Positions 18,051 through 25,894 of a DNA stretch of 64,000 bases are shown here, piece after piece (position 1 is the first letter of the stretch; every line of letters starts with the position of its first letter). The notes below the pieces were generated by a model that saw only the letters and a program-made list of their open reading frames with translations, was not told the DNA's origin and searched no databases. The stretch covers positions 295-64,294 of the forward strand of contig CAVZPN010000016.1 in assembly GCA_963777125.1 (NCBI GenBank), given 5' to 3'. The stretch comes from an uncultured archaeon. GTDB taxonomy: Archaea; Nanobdellota; Nanobdellia; Woesearchaeales; UBA9642. A program made the position numbers and the translations under genes.

Positions 18051-18909
18051 TATTATCACCTAATGTATCATCAAGTGTATGTGAACTAATTTCTTTAGCT
18101 AAATCTTCTTTTTTTTCAATAACAACATCCGTTTCTATCTTAGCATCATGTATCAATAATATCTTATCATTAGCTTTATTCCATAATTCTTCGCTAATTA
18201 AAGGCTTATGTTTTCCTGGATATAATTGTCCTTTATAACGAATTTTACCTATGTAAATTGGATTTTTAATAATATTATAGATTCCAGTAGTACTTAGATT
18301 AAATTTTTCTGCAATTGCCTTATAATCAACTCCTGCTAGCCACATTTCAAATATTTCAACAACACTTAAACTATTCGTAATGTCCGGAACTAATTTTTTA
18401 TTAACATAAGTATAGCCAAATGGTGCTCTATATAATGCTTCACCAATGTCGGCTTTTCTATCAAATGCCATTTTAACTCTCTCTTTTACCATTCCTCTTT
18501 CTAATTGTGCAAATACACCAATTATTTGAAAGAATGCTTCGCCCATGGCAGATGTTGTATCAATTTGCTCAGTTACTGAGGTGAAATTTATATTTTTATC
18601 CTTTAAATCTTCAAGTACTAAAATTAAATCTTTCAATTTACGTGAAAATCTATCAATTTTATAGACTAAAATTACATTAAATTTTTTACTATTGGCATCA
18701 TTTAATAATGATTGTAGAGCAGGTCTATCCATGTTTCCTGCTGAAAATCCTGGATCTTTGTATATTTGATATACTTCCCAGCCTCTCGCATCACAATAAC
18801 TTGTACATTTATCTACTTGCGCTTCAACACTTAAGCCTTCTTTTGCTTGTTCTTCAGTACTTACTCGAGAATATATTGCAACTTTTTGTTTTTCAATTTT
18901 TTTTACCAT
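18043..18909 (-). CDS. Serine recombinase (resolvase catalytic domain plus recombinase DNA-binding domain)
   Basis: YSRVSTEEQ (catalytic Ser), DRPAL, VYKIDRFSR, FAQLER, APFGY, NPIYIG, GKHKPLISEELW. Confidence 0.9.
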   Translation of the reverse strand: MVKKIEKQKVAIYSRVSTEEQAKEGLSVEAQVDKCTSYCDARGWEVYQIYKDPGFSAGNMDRPALQSLLNDANSKKFNVILVYKIDRFSRKLKDLILVLEDLKDKNINFTSVTEQIDTTSAMGEAFFQIIGVFAQLERGMVKERVKMAFDRKADIGEALYRAPFGYTYVNKKLVPDITNSLSVVEIFEMWLAGVDYKAIAEKFNLSTTGIYNIIKNPIYIGKIRYKGQLYPGKHKPLISEELWNKANDKILLIHDAKIETDVVIEKKEDLAKEISSHTLDDTLGDNND

Positions 18910-19027
18910 TTATATCACATAATAAATAGTTTACAATAATAGCATTAAATAATAATTTTTAAAAAGCATATTACCGAAACCACAAATTAATATATATCTT
19001 TTCTAAAATATATATTCCAATACTAAT

Positions 19028-19112
19028 AAATAATTTAGCTTTTGATTAAAATATTTAAGTTTATTTAATTATTTAAATAATAAAAATAATTTAAGTTTTG
19101 CTTAAATTATTT
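19028..19112. repeat. Pair A of 29-bp imperfect palindromes (12-5-12), starts 56 bp apart
   Basis: 19028 AAATAATTTAGC-TTTTG-ATTAAAATATTT; 19084 AAATAATTTAAG-TTTTG-CTTAAATTATTT (perfect 12-bp arms). Confidence 0.75.
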
Positions 19113-19325
19113 AAGTCATAGTGTCTTTATTTAAAAACATACATTTATGTCGTTTGAGCCGGCCCAAATCACATAAATAAAGCATAATTACATCTCCTTA
19201 AATTTCGAAAGGAAAGTATCAATATCACAATTAGTTAAAACAGATAAAACCAATAAAATATTAACACAGTAATCCGAAATTTTCTACAAAATACTAAAAA
19301 AATGTAAACAAAGGGTGTACTTTTT

Positions 19326-19345
19326 TAATAAGGGTTCCCTTATTA
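19326..19345. repeat. Perfect 9-2-9 inverted repeat
   Basis: TAATAAGGG-TT-CCCTTATTA. Confidence 0.6.
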
Positions 19346-19440
19346 TAACATAATATATGCCTTATTGTAGAACAAATATATAAATCTTTTGAAAATAACC
19401 CTAATTAACCAACCCCGAACAATTAAATAAGAAATAAGAT

Positions 19441-19526
19441 AAATATTTCTAGAATTGATTAAAATATTTAATAGTATAACTCACAAAACATATCAATAGA
19501 TAATTTAAGAAATAATTAAATTATTT
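19441..19526. repeat. Pair B of 29-bp imperfect palindromes, starts 57 bp apart
   Basis: 19441 AAATATTTCTAG-AATTG-ATTAAAATATTT; 19498 AGATAATTTAAG-AAATA-ATTAAATTATTT. Confidence 0.65.
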
Positions 19527-19660
19527 AAGCAGATAAGGTATTTAAAAAAACAATACACTTTGTTACTTAACAATAGTAAAAATTAGTAAACTTTATATAT
19601 TAGTTAAGCTTTATAATAATTAAATCCAATTATATTATAAATCAATAGGAGGAACTCACT

Positions 19661-20155
19661 ATGAAAAACTATCTAAGAAACACTTTAGGCGCAATGGTAC
19701 TTGTAACATCAGGATTCTTAACATCATGTACACACGATTATAAATTTGCACCAATAGAACATTATAAACACGCACATAAGGAAACACCAAAACCAAGCAC
19801 AACTAAAGCACAATCAACTCATTTATCTAAAGAAACAGAAAAAAAGATAGATGATTTACTTAACACCCTAAAAAGCACTGAAGAAAGAGTAGCTGAGCTA
19901 GAAAAAGCACAAAATAATCAAAATTATGAAAATAATAATGAAAATTATAATCTTGAACAAAATAATCAAAGACCTAGAGCCAACATAATAATTAATGCTC
20001 AAATAGGTCGAAGCAGATTCGGATATAGATCAGGACCAGGGTATGATCCTAGACAATTTAATCCCATGTTAAGTTCAAGAGTATATAGAAACTATGTACC
20101 TACACAAGCCACAGGAACATACATGAATAATCATCGTCGTATAAGCCGTTTTTAA
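19661..20155 (+). CDS. Putative lipoprotein, hypothetical
   Basis: AGGAGG SD; N-terminal hydrophobic stretch ending LTSC (lipobox-like); short coiled coil and Asn/Gln-rich region. Confidence 0.65.
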   Translation: MKNYLRNTLGAMVLVTSGFLTSCTHDYKFAPIEHYKHAHKETPKPSTTKAQSTHLSKETEKKIDDLLNTLKSTEERVAELEKAQNNQNYENNNENYNLEQNNQRPRANIIINAQIGRSRFGYRSGPGYDPRQFNPMLSSRVYRNYVPTQATGTYMNNHRRISRF

Positions 20156-20254
20156 ATTATTAAAAACAAACCCAAAATAAGATTATTTTTATTTTTTTAT
20201 ATATTTTAATTAATTCTTAAAATATCTTATCAAATTTAATAAAAATAAGAATTA

Positions 20255-20339
20255 AAATAATTTAAGTTTTGCTAGAAATAATTAATCAAATATAAAGATA
20301 AATGCAAACTAAACTATTTAATCAAAAATTAAATTATTT
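20255..20339. repeat. Pair C of 29-bp imperfect palindromes, starts 56 bp apart
   Basis: 20255 AAATAATTTAAG-TTTTG-CTAGAAATAATT; 20311 AAACTATTTAAT-CAAAA-ATTAAATTATTT. 20254-20273 is an exact 20-bp copy of 19083-19102. Confidence 0.7.
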
Positions 20340-20347
20340 ATTCTTAA

Positions 20348-20728
20348 TTACTTTTTTAATTTAGTCTTAAATCCACTAAAAAACTCACTAAATACGAAAT
20401 ACAAGGATTTAAGCTCGAGTTTACCTAAATTTGTTAAAGAATATACTTTTTTTCTACCAATTCGTTTATAAGATATTAGTTTTTGTCGTCTTAATCTTTT
20501 CAAAGCAGGATAAATTGTTCCACAAGTTAAAGTACTACTTTTACGTTCACCAATAACTCGAGCAAGTTCATCTCCAGAAAGAGGAGTAATTGCAAGTTCA
20601 TGAAGTATAAAAAAGCTTAAAAAACCTTTTAATTCAATAAATTTTGGAGCTAATTTAGTAGTTTTATGAACTAATTTTTTATCTGATTTTATAGCAATAT
20701 TTTTATTATCAATTTTAGTACTTTTCAT
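20348..20728 (-). CDS. PadR-family winged-helix transcriptional regulator
   Basis: KGFLSFFILHEL...SGDEL...GTIYPALKRL...RKKVYSLTNLG. Confidence 0.85.
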   Translation of the reverse strand: MKSTKIDNKNIAIKSDKKLVHKTTKLAPKFIELKGFLSFFILHELAITPLSGDELARVIGERKSSTLTCGTIYPALKRLRRQKLISYKRIGRKKVYSLTNLGKLELKSLYFVFSEFFSGFKTKLKK

Positions 20729-21363
20729 GGTTTTTTATAATTTAATACATTTATATAGTTTATTATTATAAATTTTACCGACGATAGAAATAAAAATAAT
20801 AATTTTTATAAAAAGTCTTAATATTGTATAAGCTATATATTGATTATACAATATATTGCATGTACAATAAGTTAATTAATTAAAAAAATATTATTAAAAT
20901 TTACGAAATATTTTTATAAAAAATAATTATTAAAATCTAAAAAATAGACCTAAAAAACTATAAAAACAACTTATTAAAAAATCAAAAAATCCAATAATAA
21001 AAACACAAAAAAATCTTTCTAAAATACATTTTAAGCACAAATTAAAAAATAAAAGTGAGAATAAATAGCTAAATATTTTAAGCAATTATTAATTTGAAAA
21101 AATTATAAAAAACCAATAAAAAGATATTAAAAAAATACTTTGTTTACTAAATTATAAAGAATACCTAAAATACATGTGTATATCTCAATTCATACTTCTA
21201 TCATATAAACATCACGTTATAATGCAATCACATTAAACATATAAGAAATCTAATTATTAAAGCAATCACCATATAAACTAAACTAATAGGTAATCATATC
21301 ATAAAGAACAATATAGGAGCCGATTAAACTAAAAAGCCAATAAAAAGCATATACACAAACATA

Positions 21364-21882
21364 TTAAAAGAAATTAGTTAAACTCTTCTCATATATGCCT
21401 TTTGATACTGATTCATGTATCTTTATAACATTCTCTTTAGTTTGCAATTCTCTAAACCTAGAATCAATATTAAAATACCATTCTTGACCTATTCTTTCTC
21501 TAGTTATAGCTATTTTTTTATCTAAAAGTGAGGATAACAACGCCTTAATAACATTTTGTTCTATAAATAATTTTTTAGATATGAACTTAAAAGATAAAGG
21601 TTCCTTTTCACCAAACACATATAAAACCAAGAACAATTTTTGTTCTTCTAAACTCAATACAATATTAGAAAAGTGAGATTTATCATTCAAAAGTAAGCTA
21701 TTTTTAAACATTAATACATCATCAATTATTTCTTTTAATTTATCGTACTTATTTTCAAGATCAGAAATATACTCGAAAGCAGACTGTAATTCAATTGTTA
21801 ATTCGTTAATACTTTCTCTATGCTCATCGCGTTCCTCGCTGATTTTTTTAAAAGCACTTCGCAACTTTTTCTCGTCGTACAT
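21364..21882 (-). CDS. Hypothetical protein, N-terminal coiled coil and probable winged HTH
   Basis: Heptad N-terminus; LSLEEQKLFLVLY...LSFKFISKKL...LLSSLLDKKIAI resembles a wHTH; GGGGG SD. Confidence 0.65.
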   Translation of the reverse strand: MYDEKKLRSAFKKISEERDEHRESINELTIELQSAFEYISDLENKYDKLKEIIDDVLMFKNSLLLNDKSHFSNIVLSLEEQKLFLVLYVFGEKEPLSFKFISKKLFIEQNVIKALLSSLLDKKIAITRERIGQEWYFNIDSRFRELQTKENVIKIHESVSKGIYEKSLTNFF

Positions 21883-22026
21883 TTAACCCCCCAAGATTTA
21901 AGAATACCTATTCCTTTTTTAAAGATTATTAATTTGATTTAATCTGCCTTTTAACAATAATTATAACAAATTACCAAAAAACATAGACATAGTAAGATTT
22001 ATAAATAAATCCCATTTCCTTTAAGT

Positions 22027-22302
22027 ATGGAATTAAAAGTCGTCGAAAAAAGTAAAAAAAGAATCGTATTCGATTTAGTTGGCGCTGACCACACATTTTC
22101 TGGAGCACTAAAAAAAGAATTATGGAACGACAAAGCAATACATATATCTGCATATAACGTCGAGCATCCATTAATAGGCATACCAAGATTCATCATAGAA
22201 ACAGAAGATAAAGATCCTGAAAAAGTTTTACTTGACGCTGTAAAAAGACTTGAAAAAAAGAACGAATCATTCCTCGAAGACTTTAAGAAAGTAAAAGTTT
22301 AA
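22027..22302 (+). CDS. rpoL: DNA-directed RNA polymerase subunit L (Rpo11)
   Basis: GADHTFSGALKKEL...AYNVEHPLIGIP matches the RpoL/RPB11 signature. Confidence 0.9.
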   Translation: MELKVVEKSKKRIVFDLVGADHTFSGALKKELWNDKAIHISAYNVEHPLIGIPRFIIETEDKDPEKVLLDAVKRLEKKNESFLEDFKKVKV

Positions 22303-22429
22303 TTAAAATTTATTTCTATATTTTAAAAAATATTACTATTCTATATTAGTAACCGTTTTTAGGCCAATATAAGCATAACTAAGCACAATTCCAAACCTAT
22401 AAATATACGATATAACTACTACACTTACT

Positions 22430-23002
22430 ATGGCTAAATTATACACATTAAATAAGAATGATCAAAAGTTATTGTTAGATTTAGCACGCAATGCATTAAT
22501 ATCATCATTTAATGATTCTGACCCTGATGTTAGTAAAGTTGGACATTTAACTCAACTAAGAGGCTGTTTTGTAACATTACATAAAGATAATAAACTTCGT
22601 GGATGTATTGGCTTTCCAAAACCAATATTACCTTTATATGAACAAATAATTGCTGCAAGTAAAGCTGCTGCATTTGATGATCCTAGATTTCAACCTTTAA
22701 CAAAAGATGAATTAAAACATATTGTAATAGAAATATCAATATTAAGTAAACCTGAATTATTAAAAGTTAAACATTCTGAAGATTATTTAACAAATATTGA
22801 AATAGGACGTGATGGCTTAATTATTAAAGGAGCGAATTCAGGTCTATTACTGCCTCAAGTAGCAACTGAATATAATTTTGATGCTAAACAATTTTTAGAA
22901 TGTGTATGTGAAAAAGCTAATTTAGATAAAGATGCTTGGAAAAATCCTGAAAACAAAATATATAAATTTCGTGCTGAAATATTTAGCGAAGACATAGAAT
23001 AG
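22430..23002 (+). CDS. AMMECR1-domain protein (AmmeMemoRadiSam protein A)
   Basis: GCFVTL...LRGCIG, AAFDDPRF, IEISILS, GRDGLII, GLLLPQVA, CEKA. Confidence 0.9.
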   Translation: MAKLYTLNKNDQKLLLDLARNALISSFNDSDPDVSKVGHLTQLRGCFVTLHKDNKLRGCIGFPKPILPLYEQIIAASKAAAFDDPRFQPLTKDELKHIVIEISILSKPELLKVKHSEDYLTNIEIGRDGLIIKGANSGLLLPQVATEYNFDAKQFLECVCEKANLDKDAWKNPENKIYKFRAEIFSEDIE

Positions 23003-23054
23003 TAAACAAGCATAAATCACAATATATATTGATAGAAATGTATTCTGAATTTAA

Positions 23055-23663
23055 TTATTTTCTCGCATATCCGCCAAGCGAAATAATGTACGTTTTATTT
23101 TCTATGTTATGTTCTGGTGGCCAATCCCAAGATAATTCTACTCCAATCTAATACATTAATCCGGTTAGGTTTATTCCATGTGCTTCTGGGAAATTATTAA
23201 CTACTAAATCAGGATACGCATTAACGAATTTTTCTAATTCATCCCTGTGTTTTTTTCTTGGTGTTTCTTGCCATATTCTTGGATTATACCATCGCCGAGA
23301 TGAATTCCACTGATTTTCAGAGTGTTTTGGGAAGTATTCTTCTGGCCAATCTTTATGATTATCTTTTAATCGATTAATTATTGATTGACTGAATTTATTT
23401 TTTTCATGATTATAAGTTAATTCTTTCCATTCTGGATGCATTTTTCTCATTCTTTCAGCGAATTCTCCGATTGGAAATACTGTGTAGATTAAGTATAATT
23501 CTTTTGAGAAATCAAGAACCTCAGTAATTAGCGGTCTTAACGGACATTTATCTTTTTTATTAAAATTAATACATCCTTTCGAATGCCCACGATAAGGAAT
23601 TACACACAACGATCTAATCATATTATCGTATGGAACAATTTCAGGATTGATTTTTATTATCAT
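23055..23663 (-). pseudogene. DUF2284-like putative metal-binding protein interrupted by an in-frame TAG at 23148-23150
   Basis: LCVIPY.GH.KGC.NF.....CP and PEAHGINLT. The frame continues after TAG as IGVELSWDWPP...YIISLGG to TAA 23055-23057. Confidence 0.55.
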
Positions 23664-23734
23664 TCATAAATAAGAACACTTTTATAATTTATAAAGTTTT
23701 ATATCGATAATTATTATTAAAATGATAATTAACC

Positions 23735-24355
23735 TTAACTATTAATTATCTTCAAACTATCCGCATAGGATTTTAACACATCAAGTGTATAATCAAGTTC
23801 TTCTCTTATTTGGGCATTATATAAATCGCTATTCTCTTTTTTTACCAGTAATACTTTTTGTTCTTCATCACGTTTTTTCTTTTCATCATCACGAACAATT
23901 GAACCAACATTATTATATAAATCTCTTAAAGCATTATATCTAATGGATTGTTCAATAGTTGCTTTCGTTTCTTTAGCATCTATACGATGTGCTAATGGAA
24001 CATATCTGTAGCTGATATTATTATCATCAATAATAAACGGCATAGCACTATTAAGCATATATACACCATAATGTCGGTAATCCGTATCCTCAATTCGCTC
24101 ATTAAAAGAATACACATTAAACATAATATTCTTATTATTGATGTTCAAAACTCCCACATATACAGTTCCTGTATGATTTACGATTTCTCTTAAATCAGAT
24201 TTATCTTTAGGCTCAGAATATTCATCGGATTCACGAAAATTATACCAATCTTTTTCAGCTGCAATATTGTAGGGATCATTTTTCCAGCTTTTAATTCTGC
24301 TAGCAAGTCGTATAAAATCATCAAGTGTTAAATTGTTATTTTTTATTTCATTCAT
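23735..24355 (-). CDS. Hypothetical protein
   Basis: 206-aa ORF with an AGGA SD-like element. Confidence 0.65.
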   Translation of the reverse strand: MNEIKNNNLTLDDFIRLASRIKSWKNDPYNIAAEKDWYNFRESDEYSEPKDKSDLREIVNHTGTVYVGVLNINNKNIMFNVYSFNERIEDTDYRHYGVYMLNSAMPFIIDDNNISYRYVPLAHRIDAKETKATIEQSIRYNALRDLYNNVGSIVRDDEKKKRDEEQKVLLVKKENSDLYNAQIREELDYTLDVLKSYADSLKIINS

Positions 24356-24473
24356 TTTATCCTAACTAAGCAATATAATCCGAAGGCATTTTAACTACGA
24401 TAATATTAAGAATAATAATATATTTATAAATTTTAAGGCTAATAAACCATTATATAGTAGAAAAACAGTTAAT

Positions 24474-25166
24474 TTATTTTCCAAATCTTCTTTCCCTATG
24501 ACCATACTCATCAATTATTGCAACTAAATCTTCTTTAGTGAATTCTGGCCACATCTTATCAATAAAGAACCACTCACTATAATAGGATTGCCAAATTAAG
24601 AAATTACTTGTTCTTTTATCTCCGCCAGTTCGAATAATTAATTCTGGCTCTGATTGTAAATATAAGTGTTCTTGAATGGTACTTTCATTAATATCGCTCA
24701 CAGTTAATTCTTTGGATTCTATTTTCTTAGCTATTTTTTTCACAGCATCAGTAACTTCTTCTCTGCCACCATAAGCAACAGCCAAATTAATAATATAATT
24801 ATTATAATGTTTTGTCTTTTCAACAATATTATTAATCATTTCTACAATTTCAACAGGTAACAAATCAATTCTACCAATAACATTTACACGAACTTGATCT
24901 TCATCAATACGTTTATCATTAAAAAATGTTTCAAACACATTTTTAATTATATTTAATAAATAATCAAGCTCGATTTTAGGTCTACTTAGATTTTGAATAG
25001 ATAAAGCATATAATGTTAGCTCTTTGATGCTAAGTTCTTTACACCATTCAAGTAATTCTTCAACTTTTTGTTTGCCATGATCATGGCCCTTCCAAGGTTC
25101 AAGACTTATTTTTTTAGCAAATCTACGATTACCATCAAGTATTATTGCTATGTGTTTTGGCATCAT
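24474..25166 (-). CDS. uppS: Cis-prenyltransferase (undecaprenyl diphosphate synthase family)
   Basis: PKHIAIILDGNRRFA, LTLYALSIQN, YGGREE, LIIRTGGDKRTSNFLIWQSYYSE. Confidence 0.95.
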   Translation of the reverse strand: MMPKHIAIILDGNRRFAKKISLEPWKGHDHGKQKVEELLEWCKELSIKELTLYALSIQNLSRPKIELDYLLNIIKNVFETFFNDKRIDEDQVRVNVIGRIDLLPVEIVEMINNIVEKTKHYNNYIINLAVAYGGREEVTDAVKKIAKKIESKELTVSDINESTIQEHLYLQSEPELIIRTGGDKRTSNFLIWQSYYSEWFFIDKMWPEFTKEDLVAIIDEYGHRERRFGK

Positions 25167-25177
25167 AATATCACAAA

Positions 25178-25741
25178 TTATTTTTTTATAAGAGATTTCT
25201 TTTTCTTACTAGAAGTATTTTTAGTAAAAAGATTTTTCTTCTTCAATTTTAATTTACTAAAAAAGCCAGATGTTCCATCATCATTCTCTAATTGTTCTAA
25301 CTCATCAATCTTTTCCGATTGTTCTCGAACTTCATATTTATCCATCCAAATATCAATTAAATCTGGTTGAATCTTTAAAATACTCTTAACAGTTAAGAAT
25401 CCTATTAATTTATTTTTATCAATAACAGGTAATTGTCTAATATCGTGTTCACGCATTAAATTTAATGCAACATAAATATCCTCTTCAGGCGTTATCGTAA
25501 TTAAATCTGTTATTGCAATGTCTTTTAATTTCAATTTTTTAGAATCAAGACCTTTTGCAACACATTTGCGAACAATATCTTCATCAGTAACTATACCAAT
25601 AGGCTCATCATTTTCCACAAGTAATAAACTATTAACATCTTCTTTTGTTAGTAATTCTGCTGCATCTTTTAGAATCATATCTTTTGAAGCTATAACTGGC
25701 TTATTTGTCATTACATCCATTACCTTATATCCTGTCTGCAT
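25178..25741 (-). CDS. CBS-pair domain protein
   Basis: VMDVMT, GIVTDEDI, IRQLPV, LIGFLT. ATG 25741 follows a GGTGG SD. Confidence 0.9.
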   Translation of the reverse strand: MQTGYKVMDVMTNKPVIASKDMILKDAAELLTKEDVNSLLLVENDEPIGIVTDEDIVRKCVAKGLDSKKLKLKDIAITDLITITPEEDIYVALNLMREHDIRQLPVIDKNKLIGFLTVKSILKIQPDLIDIWMDKYEVREQSEKIDELEQLENDDGTSGFFSKLKLKKKNLFTKNTSSKKKKSLIKK

Positions 25742-25894
25742 ATTGACCACCAATTGTAAAAATAAAATATCGTTTAAAAATGTTATTAAAGTTGAACTAA
25801 AATAGGTTAAAAAGACAATAATATTGAATATTAAATTAATAAAAAAAATTAAAAAAATAACTTAACAATAATAAAAGTACAATAGTAAAGCCTA

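Noticed and set aside
17529-18909. IS607-type element or prophage integrase
   Set aside because: No N-terminal MerR-like HTH, no TnpB/RuvC gene, no zinc-ribbon/coiled-coil integrase tail, and no viral or plasmid genes adjacent.
19028-20339. Palindrome set as a CRISPR array
   Set aside because: Only pairs of degenerate copies separated by hundreds of bp and a gene; no cas genes.
21024-21099. Two further half-matches to the 12-5-12 palindrome (21024, 21071)
   Set aside because: Right arms are poor and the spacing is 47 bp rather than 56-57; compatible with chance in AT-rich DNA.
22430-23002. Complete AmmeMemoRadiSam system
   Set aside because: Only the AMMECR1 gene is present; no Memo or radical-SAM gene is adjacent, and the distant LigB-family gene is YgiD-type.
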